The notes: a model not told the origin generated them from the letters alone. A stretch of DNA of 40,726 nt from Candidatus Doudnabacteria bacterium RIFCSPHIGHO2_12_FULL_48_16 (GCA_001780035.1 MFEY01000008.1:43371-84096); one strand, 5' to 3'. Positions 1-8,472 are shown, numbered from the stretch's first letter. Numbers and translations: made by a program.

Positions 1-753
1 CAATCCTTGCCTACGGACGGGATTTTGATTTATAACGCCGATGACCATAACACGATCGAGGTCTGCCGCGCGGCGGCCTGCCATAAGTTTACATTTGGGA
101 TCAAACACTACGCTGATCTGCAGGCGCTGAATGTTAAAACCGAAAATGCCAAGCAATTTTTCGATATGCACTTAAACGACGAAAAGATCGGTTCATTTGA
201 ATTATTGGTTCCGGGCCAGTTCAACATTGCCAACGCGCTGGCGGCCAGTCTGGCTGCGCTTAAGTTGGGTGCGCCGATTGACGCGATCCAGAAAACTCTG
301 GCACAATTCGCCGGCACATGGCGCCGGTTCGAAGCGGTTGGAAAGCTTGACGGTAAACCTGTTATTTCGGATTATGCTCATCATCCGGCCGGAGTCGAAG
401 CCACTATCAAGGCCGTGGCCGAGTTTTATCCCGGCAAGAAAGTTTTAACCGTATTTCAGCCGCATCATCGCAACCGGACGCAAAAATTATTTGGTGAGTT
501 CGTCTCGTCCTTGTTGGGAGTCGAGGAAGTGATTATTCCGGAAATTTTCGATGTCACGGGCAGGGAACACGGCGAGCGGATCAGTTCGTTTCAACTGGTG
601 GACGAATTGCGTAAGCAAGGCGTTAACGCCTCGTTTGCGCCGGATCTGGCCCAAGCCGGAGAAATGATTAAGCAAAAATCGGCCCAGTTTGACATTATCT
701 TGATGATGGGAGCGGGAGACATCGATTCGTTGGCTAGAAAGTTAGTGAGTTAA
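1..753 (+). CDS. murC: UDP-N-acetylmuramate--L-alanine ligase, C-terminal part (5' end lies outside window)
   Basis: The frame is open from the window edge. Mur-ligase motifs GQFNIANALAA, WRRFE, DYAHHPAGVEATI and FQPHHRNRT are present, and the C-terminus has MGAGDI. Confidence 0.85.
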   Translation, partial: QSLPTDGILIYNADDHNTIEVCRAAACHKFTFGIKHYADLQALNVKTENAKQFFDMHLNDEKIGSFELLVPGQFNIANALAASLAALKLGAPIDAIQKTLAQFAGTWRRFEAVGKLDGKPVISDYAHHPAGVEATIKAVAEFYPGKKVLTVFQPHHRNRTQKLFGEFVSSLLGVEEVIIPEIFDVTGREHGERISSFQLVDELRKQGVNASFAPDLAQAGEMIKQKSAQFDIILMMGAGDIDSLARKLVS

Positions 754-851
754 TAACGCGCAATGCTGAACTTGTTTCAGCATCTCTTCAAGAGACCCCG
801 AATCCCGCCAAAGGGACGGGCAGGCAAGTTCGGGGTTGCGAGAAAGACTTT

Positions 852-1583
852 ATGCAATTCTGGCAACTGGTAAAAATCAATGTTTTGATGCTGTTGCGCA
901 ATCGCACCGGTTTATTTTGGACGATTGTCGTGCCGAGCGGCATTTATTCGGCTTTGTCGATTCTGCCGGTGGGAGCGGTTTTGGGTGAGGTTGAGTATTC
1001 TGCATATTTGTTGCCGGGCGTTATCGCCTTAACCATTATGCAAGGCGGAATTTACAGCCTGGCTTATTGGGTTACCGATTTGCGCGACCGCGGAGTGATT
1101 CGGCAGATCAGCGTTACGCCGCTTAACCGGTTTACCTTGATTCTGAGCCTGCTTACGGCCCGCAGCCTGATTATGTTGTTGCAAGCCCTGGTTTTAACCG
1201 CAATCGGCGTAATTTTTTTTCACGTGGCGATTCCGGGCTCGCTAGCTTGGGCCGCGATTTTTGTGGTTTTGGGCGGATTCGCTTTTTTGCCGATCGGCCT
1301 GCTGATTTCCACCTTTGCCAGAAGTTACGATGCCGCCGCTCCCATAACAACCGCTCTGGGCCTACCGTTTACCTTTTTAGGCAGTGTGTTCTATCCGATT
1401 GATTTATTACCCGGTTATTTGCAGGTCATAGCCAAATACCTGCCGATTACGTTTTTGGCCGACGGCCTGCGTAAGATTTACTTGGGGTCGACCGCCGGCT
1501 TAACCTATGATTTTCTCTGGTTGATCGTCTGGATTGTCGCAATTTTGTTTTTGACCACTTGGCGGTTTCGGGTTGAAGATTAG
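852..1583 (+). CDS. ABC-2 type transporter permease
   Basis: This is a 243-aa polytopic membrane protein with about six hydrophobic spans, laid out like an ABC-2 exporter permease. No ATPase partner is visible in the window. Confidence 0.65.
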   Translation: MQFWQLVKINVLMLLRNRTGLFWTIVVPSGIYSALSILPVGAVLGEVEYSAYLLPGVIALTIMQGGIYSLAYWVTDLRDRGVIRQISVTPLNRFTLILSLLTARSLIMLLQALVLTAIGVIFFHVAIPGSLAWAAIFVVLGGFAFLPIGLLISTFARSYDAAAPITTALGLPFTFLGSVFYPIDLLPGYLQVIAKYLPITFLADGLRKIYLGSTAGLTYDFLWLIVWIVAILFLTTWRFRVED

Positions 1584-1686
1584 TCCCGTTAGAAATTTTA
1601 CATAGCGGGGATATAGCAAAAATTATAGTTTACGCATTGATTATTAATATATATAATTAAGCCACTAATCATTATTTCTAACGGGA
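1584..1686. repeat. Perfect 13-nt inverted repeat bracketing the whole ABC-2/hpf intergenic region
   Basis: TCCCGTTAGAAAT (1584-1596) is the exact reverse complement of ATTTCTAACGGGA (1674-1686). The last A of the right arm is the A of the hpf ATG. The interior is very A+T-rich. Confidence 0.8.
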
Positions 1687-2021
1687 TGAATATCTCAATC
1701 AAAGCAACTCATGTGGACCTGACTCCGTCGGTTAAAGAATATGTGGAAGAAAAAGTCGGCAGCCTGGCGAAATTTATCGATATCATGGAAGCCAAGGTTG
1801 AGCTCAAGCGGGATCAGCATCACCAGACCGGCTTGGTGTTTGGATCGGACATCACTTTGATTATCGGGGGCAAAACCATGCACGCGGAATCCGAAGCCGA
1901 AGATATTTACGCCGCGATTGATTTGTTGGTCCCCAAAATCAAAGACCAGATCGAAAAATTTAAGGATAAAAAAACCAGTCTCTGGCGTCGCGCCGCCCGG
2001 TTGTTCAAGGGAAAAATGTAA
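1686..2021 (+). CDS. hpf: Ribosome hibernation promoting factor / RaiA family (short form)
   Basis: 111 aa. The N-terminus MNISIKATHVDLTPSVKEYVEEKV and the overall length fit the S30AE/HPF/RaiA family. Confidence 0.85.
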   Translation: MNISIKATHVDLTPSVKEYVEEKVGSLAKFIDIMEAKVELKRDQHHQTGLVFGSDITLIIGGKTMHAESEAEDIYAAIDLLVPKIKDQIEKFKDKKTSLWRRAARLFKGKM

Positions 2022-2049
2022 AAAACTCCCTGCCTGCCGACGGGCAGGC

Positions 2050-2077
2050 TTGACAACGTACGAAATTGCTTTAAAAT
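2050..2077 (+). promoter_or_regulatory. Sigma70-like promoter upstream of the decarboxylase gene
   Basis: TTGACA (2050-2055), a 16-nt spacer, then TAAAAT (2072-2077), about 30 nt upstream of the 2106 start. Confidence 0.5.
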
Positions 2078-2105
2078 AACTTCGTAAGTAATTTTTTGAA
2101 CCGAA

Positions 2106-3500
2106 TTGAAGAAATCTAGAAAGAAGAATAAGAAGAAAAATAATTTTCGAAAGTTCTGGAAGTTAGGTATCGAAGAGTATAACACCCAACACTTTGATAT
2201 CAACGACCACGGCGATTTGGTGGCCAAAGAGGGTTACTACCAATATAACATCGTTGATATTATAAAAAAATACGGCACTCCGACCGAGGTCTTTTTTCCA
2301 TATGTGCTTGAGCACAGATTACGGGATTTGACCGATTTGTTTAATGCTTATATCAAGATTCTTAACTATAAAGGAAAGTTCTATTACCACTATGTGATGA
2401 AGGTTAACCAGAACCGGGATTTTGTACTGCCAGCAATTGCCGAAGGCGCACACATAGAAGTTTCCTCCGCCAATGAATTATTCTTGGTTAAACGAATGCT
2501 TGAGCAGGACAAATTTAACCGTAAAATCAGAGTCACTTGTAATGGGCCCAAAACCGAACAGTATATTAAGCTGATTGAAGAATTGCGAAATAAGGGCCTG
2601 ATCGTGGTTCCAATAATCGAAAATCATGAAGAATTAACCCGGCTTAAAAAGTTTCAGGGGGACGTTGGCGTTAGAGTCAATTTGGATATTAAAATTGACG
2701 CGCATTTTGACAAAAAGTTTAATCATTTTGGTTTTTCTGAAGAGGAGTTGCTGAGACTCGGCAAAATTAGAAATTTATCGATTTTACACTATCATATTTC
2801 AACCCAGATAGAAAAAATTCAGGGTTTCATAAAGCCGTTTAAGCGGGCAATCAGCTTGTACGCCAAGCTTAAAGCAAACAATCCAAACCTTGACACAATC
2901 AATTTTGGTGGAGGCTTAGGCGTCCCTTTTGAAAAAAAACGCAAACTATATACAACTAAAAGCCTCGTTAACCAATTAATCAAAACAGCAAAGATTGAAT
3001 CAGATAAACTTGGTATTAAGCATCCAAATCTCGTATCAGAATGGGGGAGCTATGTTACCGCCCCGGCCCAGATTACGGTCTGTAAAGTGTTGGCAGAAAA
3101 AAGTGTTGTCAATAAAGCGGGCCACAAGTGGTATTTTATGGACGGCAGTTTTATCACGCATTTAACAGATACCTGGTCGGTGCGCCGTCAAAAGTGGCAT
3201 ATTATTCCGGCCAATCATTTGAATGGCAAGCGGCTCCAAAAAGTCTGGCTGGCTGGTTCAACTTGCGATGCTGACGATCGCTATACCGCGAGCGGGAGTT
3301 ATACTATGTTGCCTAAATTTAGCGAGGAAGTTTTAGATGTTTACGTAGCCGTTTTTGATACCGGCGCTTATCAAAGTTCGTTGAGTAATAACCATTGTTT
3401 GTTGTCCAAACCAGCTATGGTGGTTTGTCAAAACGGGGAAACCAAATTGGCTCGTAAAAGGCAAAGCGCGGAAGAAATTGGGAAATTGTTTGGGTGGTAA
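2106..3500 (+). CDS. PLP-dependent (alanine-racemase-fold, group IV) decarboxylase, SpeA-like arginine decarboxylase
   Basis: 464 aa. The context HYVMKVNQNRDF resembles the SpeA IKVNQ PLP-lysine motif, and the GGGLGVPF glycine loop is present. The start is TTG and the N-terminus is Lys-rich. The gene sits with DHS-like and agmatinase genes. Confidence 0.7.
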   Translation: MKKSRKKNKKKNNFRKFWKLGIEEYNTQHFDINDHGDLVAKEGYYQYNIVDIIKKYGTPTEVFFPYVLEHRLRDLTDLFNAYIKILNYKGKFYYHYVMKVNQNRDFVLPAIAEGAHIEVSSANELFLVKRMLEQDKFNRKIRVTCNGPKTEQYIKLIEELRNKGLIVVPIIENHEELTRLKKFQGDVGVRVNLDIKIDAHFDKKFNHFGFSEEELLRLGKIRNLSILHYHISTQIEKIQGFIKPFKRAISLYAKLKANNPNLDTINFGGGLGVPFEKKRKLYTTKSLVNQLIKTAKIESDKLGIKHPNLVSEWGSYVTAPAQITVCKVLAEKSVVNKAGHKWYFMDGSFITHLTDTWSVRRQKWHIIPANHLNGKRLQKVWLAGSTCDADDRYTASGSYTMLPKFSEEVLDVYVAVFDTGAYQSSLSNNHCLLSKPAMVVCQNGETKLARKRQSAEEIGKLFGW

Positions 3501-3552
3501 ATTATTAAACTAGAAAGTTTTAAAGTAAGGTATGTCGGCCTTGCTTTTTTGT

Positions 3553-4206
3553 TTATGACAACAAAGTTTTAATGACCGAAAACGCTTGGTCTACTTCTTT
3601 ATTTAAGAAAAGCATATTTAGTTCCCAGCCAATTGATGTAATCTCGATAACACTGATTCCATTCCAGGCCAATGCTTTTAAGACTAAATAATACACGCCA
3701 GGAGTAGTCAGGGTCATTTTTTTTGATAATTTGATGGTGATGGATGATAAATCCTTGACCTTTCTGATTTCTTTTTGATCTCTTAAGATTTGTTCTACAT
3801 CTTTTTCTAGTTCATTATTAACGACAATAATTGATTCAAATAATCCTATCGATATATTAAAGAACGCATCTTTCTTGTTTTCTATCTTTTTTAAAATTTC
3901 TTGATGGATGTTTATAATATCAGGAGAATTGGGAAACATAAATTCGACCAGATTTGAGCGCACGGCCAGATTATTTGAATCCTTTAATATTTCTTCGCAG
4001 GAAACCGGTGGCTTTAATTTTGTTTTGATTCGGCGTAGCGCCATAGCCACCGCCTCCTCAGAAATTTCTTGTAATAGTTTCTCCTCGATTTGAGGACGTA
4101 TTCTTCTGGCTATTCCTGCAATATTGGCCATGTCTTGATACAGTACCTCTGACAAGAAAGGCGAGCGGTCAATTATCTCTTTAGTTATTTCGGATATGGT
4201 TATCAT
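3553..4206 (-). CDS. ACT-domain-like regulatory protein (ACT_7-type), function unknown
   Basis: This is the only convincing minus-strand gene. The likely start is MITISEITKE (ATG at 4206), not the 4272 ORF start. The N-terminal ITKEIIDRSPFLSEVL...NIAGIARRI and C-terminal GVYYLVLKALAWNGISVIEITSI patterns recall ACT_7 proteins, from memory only. Confidence 0.45.
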   Translation of the reverse strand: MITISEITKEIIDRSPFLSEVLYQDMANIAGIARRIRPQIEEKLLQEISEEAVAMALRRIKTKLKPPVSCEEILKDSNNLAVRSNLVEFMFPNSPDIINIHQEILKKIENKKDAFFNISIGLFESIIVVNNELEKDVEQILRDQKEIRKVKDLSSITIKLSKKMTLTTPGVYYLVLKALAWNGISVIEITSIGWELNMLFLNKEVDQAFSVIKTLLS

Positions 4207-4323
4207 GTTAGAATAATAACAGATTGTAACTATTCTGTCAATATTGTTAAAAAAATTGCTAATTAAAGCCAATTCATATATGTTTGACAGTTCGGGAATG
4301 ACTCCCGAGCAAGGAGATTTAGT

Positions 4324-5316
4324 GTGCCGTACATTTATATGTTTGCAGCGATCCTGGCAGCGGCTTTCATGGCCGGTGTCATGGTTAATGACAGGTTGTT
4401 CTTGTCAGCCGGCGACAAGCCGGTTCTGAGCGATCCGATGCAGATGCTTGTAATCTCATCGTTTCTGCCCGCGGTCGCATTGTTGTGGGCTCTTTCCGGA
4501 GGCGGCTTGCCGTCAATCCCGGTTCATTACATGATCGGAGCGTTCTTCGTGGGCACCCTCTGGACGGTCTCAAACGCCGCGTACTTTCAAGTAACGAAGA
4601 TGACCACGGATTTTGATGAGGTGACGACTTGGGACGCCTCGTCCCCAGTCTTCATGGCTCTCATCGGCGTGCCGTTCGGTATCGCTCTGACGCCGCGGTA
4701 TTGGGCGGGGATCCTCGTCGTCACCTGCAGTCTGCTCGCGCTCCGCTATGCGTTCAAGGGGCGCGCGAAGGTCGAGAATGTCCAACTCTATTATGGGCTT
4801 CTCTTTGTGCACCTTGGGGCGCTCACAGGAACCATGTTCGGGTTTGATTACCTGTTGAAGCAACTCGGCCCGGCCCACTATGCGAGTCTGTATGTCCCGT
4901 ACCTGGGCGGCCAGACGGTGGGCTTTCTGGCTCTGCTCTCCGGCAACCTTCGTCAGAATTTCCGGATGGACGGGTCGAAAATCAAACGGCTGTGGTGGGC
5001 ACTTCTGGCAGGCGAAGTGATGTACGTGCTCTCTCTGAGCTGCCTCACGTGGGCCATGAAGGGCTATCCAGGCGCCGTCGTTATGGCACTTGGCGGCTCG
5101 TACCCGTTCATGATCTTTATGGCGGGTCCGGTCCTGCGTCGGGCGAAGTTCTTCCAAAGGTTTGGGGATGTCGAGGTTGCGTTCCCGCCGCACGAAGGCC
5201 AACGCTGGAAGAAGGCGTTGGTTCTGATCGCGAATCTCATCGGATTGGGGCTGCTCGCGCCGCAAGGTGGAACGACCAAGGTCGCTGCGCGTCGCGTCGG
5301 CAGCCGCGTGGCTTAA
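4324..5316 (+). CDS. Polytopic membrane protein, DMT/EamA-like, on a GC-rich foreign cassette
   Basis: GTG start preceded by AAGGAG 8 nt upstream. The 330-aa product is a hydrophobic multi-span protein. Local GC is far above the flanks: spot counts give 67% for nt 4681-4740 and 23% for nt 3781-3840. Confidence 0.6.
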   Translation: MPYIYMFAAILAAAFMAGVMVNDRLFLSAGDKPVLSDPMQMLVISSFLPAVALLWALSGGGLPSIPVHYMIGAFFVGTLWTVSNAAYFQVTKMTTDFDEVTTWDASSPVFMALIGVPFGIALTPRYWAGILVVTCSLLALRYAFKGRAKVENVQLYYGLLFVHLGALTGTMFGFDYLLKQLGPAHYASLYVPYLGGQTVGFLALLSGNLRQNFRMDGSKIKRLWWALLAGEVMYVLSLSCLTWAMKGYPGAVVMALGGSYPFMIFMAGPVLRRAKFFQRFGDVEVAFPPHEGQRWKKALVLIANLIGLGLLAPQGGTTKVAARRVGSRVA

Positions 5317-5349
5317 CGCGCGAACAGAAAACAGAAATACGAAGGAGGA

Positions 5350-5586
5350 ATGTTTATGTCCACGAACGCCCCGGTAGCCAACACTGATCAGAAGCAGAAA
5401 CTTGCGGAGCTCGTCGCCGTGATTATCAACAATCACAGCGCTTTATTGGAACAGACGGCCGTCGTCTGTATCAGAAACCCAAGAATGTTGACAAGAGAAG
5501 TGCACGCAGCTCTTACGAACGTGTACCAGAATGTCGACCCTGAGGCAGAAGAGGACTCTTTGGATCCCGCGCCGGGTCGCGGGTAG
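5350..5586 (+). CDS. Hypothetical 78-aa protein (second gene of the GC-rich cassette)
   Basis: The ATG is preceded by GAAGGAGGAA. A strong terminator hairpin follows. I recognise no motif. Confidence 0.5.
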   Translation: MFMSTNAPVANTDQKQKLAELVAVIINNHSALLEQTAVVCIRNPRMLTREVHAALTNVYQNVDPEAEEDSLDPAPGRG

Positions 5587-5601
5587 TTCAGTCGTTCGTC
5601 C

Positions 5602-5646
5602 CCGGACAGTTTGCAAGTTCGCTTGCACGCTGTCCGGCCCGTTTTT
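5602..5646 (+). terminator. Intrinsic terminator closing the GC-rich cassette
   Basis: CCGGACAG (5602-5609) pairs with CTGTCCGG (5630-5637). An inner GCAAG/CTTGC stem is present, followed by CCCGTTTTT. Confidence 0.7.
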
Positions 5647-5649
5647 CTC

Positions 5650-5658
5650 TGCTATACT
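5650..5658 (+). promoter_or_regulatory. Extended -10 promoter element (TGcTATACT) for the EamA gene
   Basis: TG at 5650-5651 and TATACT at 5653-5658. The ATG at 5672 lies only about 14 nt downstream, which implies a very short leader. Confidence 0.45.
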
Positions 5659-5671
5659 ATATATATATTTT

Positions 5672-6544
5672 ATGCTCAATACGGGAATAATTTTTTCACT
5701 TATAGCATTATTTGGTTGGGGACTAGCTGATTTTTTGATTCAGAAAACCACCAGAAAAATTGGGATTTGGAAGTCCTTATTTTTTATTGGCATCTTTGGT
5801 TTTATCTTTCTCTTGCCCTTCGTTATAGAAGAAATTAAACCCATCCTTTTTCAACCTGGCAGTTTATACCTGCTGATAGTTTTGTCAGTTATAGTTATTA
5901 TTTCTTCACTATTTGATTTGTCAGCGCTCAAGGAAGGAAAAATCGCTATTATTGAGCCTTTGATCGGTATAGAACTTCCGATTACCGTTGGACTAAGTAT
6001 CGTGCTGGGTGGCGAACATTTAAATTTTACGCAAGCCGCATTAGTAGTCCTGACTTTTTTTGGAATTGTTTTGGCCATTACCAAACACCAAAACCACTTG
6101 CATTACCACCGAAGAATTTTTGAAAAAGGGGTAATTTTGGCAGGTGTTGGCGCAGTAGGAATGGGGTTAACTAATTTTTTGGTTGGTCATTCTAGTCAGA
6201 CCATCTCGGCTTTAGCCACAATTTGGTTTGTACATACAACAATGGCTTTGGTCTGTTTAGTCTATTTAATAATGAGTATGCAGGTCAAATCATTGGCTCA
6301 AGATTTTCGAACCTTGCCCGGAATAATTTTTTTGCAAAGTTTTTTCGATAATGCCGGTTGGCTGGCTTTTGCATTTGCCACTACGTTTATTTCAATTTCA
6401 ATTGCTACGACAGTCAGTGAAAGTTATATCATTCTCGGTTTTTTGCTGGGCGTGCTCGTAAACCGCGAAAAATTGCGGACTCATCAGTTTTTGGGAATTA
6501 TTTTAGTGATTTTAAGCATCTTGGGATTGTCAGCAATCAGCTGA
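5672..6544 (+). CDS. EamA/DMT family transporter
   Basis: The likely start is MLNTGIIFSLIALFGWGLADFLIQK. There are about ten TM spans in two EamA-like halves. The longer track ORF (5531) would read through the upstream terminator. Confidence 0.75.
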   Translation: MLNTGIIFSLIALFGWGLADFLIQKTTRKIGIWKSLFFIGIFGFIFLLPFVIEEIKPILFQPGSLYLLIVLSVIVIISSLFDLSALKEGKIAIIEPLIGIELPITVGLSIVLGGEHLNFTQAALVVLTFFGIVLAITKHQNHLHYHRRIFEKGVILAGVGAVGMGLTNFLVGHSSQTISALATIWFVHTTMALVCLVYLIMSMQVKSLAQDFRTLPGIIFLQSFFDNAGWLAFAFATTFISISIATTVSESYIILGFLLGVLVNREKLRTHQFLGIILVILSILGLSAIS

Positions 6545-6616
6545 TAAGTCATTGCATTGTTTTTCCGGAAGTTTTATAATCAAGTTATACATTAAAATAT
6601 TTTTTGAACTAATTTT

Positions 6617-7585
6617 ATGGGAGCAGTAAAAGATTTCATCAAGCATAACTATCGCCATTTTAATTCCGCGGTCGTGGTGGACGCGGCCGAAGCCTATGAC
6701 GCGCATCTAAAAAAAGGCGGAAAAATGTTTTTGGCCATGGGCGGAGCCATGAGCACCGCTGAGCTTGGCATCAGTTTGGCCGAGATGATCCGACAAGATA
6801 AAATCCACGCCGTCTCGTGTTCCGCGAATAATTTGGAAGAGGATATCTTTAACTTGGTGGCGCGCAATCACTACAAGCGCGTGCCGAACTACCGGAATTT
6901 ATCCGATCAGGACGAAGTTGATCTGCTGAACAATCATCTCAACCGCGTGACTGACACTTGTATTCCGGAAGAAGAGGCGATGCGGCGGATTGAACGCCAG
7001 GTCTTGAAATTTTGGCAGAAAGCCGATAAAGCCGGCGAGCGCTATTTACCTTACGAATATATGTATCAGATGATCAGGGCCGGGGTGTTGAAAGAATATT
7101 ACGAGATTGATCCCAAGGATTCCTGGGTTTTGGCTGCCTGTGAAAAAAACATCCCGATTTATACTCCGGGCTGGGAAGATTGCACCCTCGGCAATATTTT
7201 TGTGGCCAATGTCATGCACCAGGAAGTCTCGAACTATCAGGTCGTCAAATCCGGCATGGAGCAGATGGCCCATTTGATCGGGTGGTATAAAGAAAATTCC
7301 AAAGACAATTCAGTTGGATTTTTCCAGATCGCGGGCGGGATTGCCGGTGACTTTCCGATTTGCGTGGTGCCGTTGATTCAGCAGGACTTGCGGGAAGATT
7401 GCAAACTTTGGGGTTACTTTTGCCAAATTTCCGATTCCACGACCTCCTATGGATCATATTCCGGCGCTGTGCCGAATGAAAAGATTACCTGGGGGAAACT
7501 GGATGTCACGACCCCGCGCTTTGTCATTGAATCCGACGCGACTATCGTTGCGCCCCTCATTTTCGCTTATGTGTTAAATCAATGA
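6617..7585 (+). CDS. Deoxyhypusine synthase-like protein (possible homospermidine-synthase-type enzyme)
   Basis: 322 aa. GGKMFLAMGGAMSTAELG and IHAVSCSANNLEEDIFNLV are typical of the DHS family. Confidence 0.85.
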   Translation: MGAVKDFIKHNYRHFNSAVVVDAAEAYDAHLKKGGKMFLAMGGAMSTAELGISLAEMIRQDKIHAVSCSANNLEEDIFNLVARNHYKRVPNYRNLSDQDEVDLLNNHLNRVTDTCIPEEEAMRRIERQVLKFWQKADKAGERYLPYEYMYQMIRAGVLKEYYEIDPKDSWVLAACEKNIPIYTPGWEDCTLGNIFVANVMHQEVSNYQVVKSGMEQMAHLIGWYKENSKDNSVGFFQIAGGIAGDFPICVVPLIQQDLREDCKLWGYFCQISDSTTSYGSYSGAVPNEKITWGKLDVTTPRFVIESDATIVAPLIFAYVLNQ

Positions 7586-8466
7586 AGCAATTTCTGGACT
7601 TACAGAATTTAGGAATGTCCAACCCGCCGACACTTGAGTCAGCGGATGCGGTGATTGTGCCATTTGGCTATGAAGGCACGGTCACTTTTGGACATGGCAC
7701 GGACAAGGGGCCAGAGGGATTAATTGAAGCTTCTCAGCAGGTCGAAACATTTGATGACGAGCTGTTGGATGATATTCAAAACCATATCAAAATCTGGACG
7801 ATTGATCAGCCCGTCTTACCCAAAGATGCCTCCGAAGCATGCTTGGTTTTGAAAAACATAGTTATTGATTTAATCGATAAAAAGAAATTACCCGTCGTGA
7901 TTGGCGGGGAGCATTCGATCAGCTATGGTTTTGCCCAAGCTTTGAATGAAAAATACCAAGATGTTTCAGTTTTGGTTTTTGATTCGCATCTGGATCTTGG
8001 GGATCAATGGTCAGCCCAAGACTTTACTCATGCCGCTTGGCTTAAATATTCCTTGCAGCTGCCGAATATCAAAAAGGCGACTTTGGTCGGTATTCGGAAT
8101 TTCAATAAACTCGAATATAAATACTGGCAGGATAATCCAGAACGCGTAAAAGTGTTTTTATCTAAGGATCGAAAAAATTGGCAGATCGACGAAATCGTCA
8201 ATTCATTAGGCGAAAACGTTTATCTGAGCTTCGATATCGATGCGTTCGATGCGGCGATGATTCCGGCAACCGGGACCCCCGAACCCGGTGGACCGTTCTG
8301 GGATGAAATCTTACCGATCATCCGCGCTGTCGCTGCCAAGAAAAATATCATCGGAATTGATTTGGTAGAACTCGCGCCGATCAAGGATTTGATGGCCCCG
8401 AATTTTATGGCTGCGAAATTACTGATGAAAACGATCTTATATAAGTTTAAAGCGAAAGACATGTAA
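7582..8466 (+). CDS. speB: Agmatinase (arginase/ureohydrolase family)
   Basis: Metal-binding motifs GGEHSISYG, DSHLDL and SFDIDAFDAAMIPATGTPEPGG are present. An ATGA start/stop overlap with the DHS-like gene indicates translational coupling. Confidence 0.9.
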   Translation: MKQFLDLQNLGMSNPPTLESADAVIVPFGYEGTVTFGHGTDKGPEGLIEASQQVETFDDELLDDIQNHIKIWTIDQPVLPKDASEACLVLKNIVIDLIDKKKLPVVIGGEHSISYGFAQALNEKYQDVSVLVFDSHLDLGDQWSAQDFTHAAWLKYSLQLPNIKKATLVGIRNFNKLEYKYWQDNPERVKVFLSKDRKNWQIDEIVNSLGENVYLSFDIDAFDAAMIPATGTPEPGGPFWDEILPIIRAVAAKKNIIGIDLVELAPIKDLMAPNFMAAKLLMKTILYKFKAKDM

Positions 8467-8472
8467 TAGTTT

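Noticed and set aside
4570-5436. 288-aa minus-strand ORF antisense to the GC-rich membrane-protein gene
   Set aside because: The translation is rich in Arg, His and Pro and does not look like a protein. Long antisense ORFs are expected in GC-rich DNA. The + strand frame encodes a coherent polytopic membrane protein with a Shine-Dalgarno site.
5531-5671. 47-codon N-terminal extension of the EamA transporter ORF
   Set aside because: The extension overlaps the upstream gene's end, reads through the strong terminator at 5602-5646 and lies upstream of the TGcTATACT promoter element. The hydrophobic protein begins at ATG 5672.
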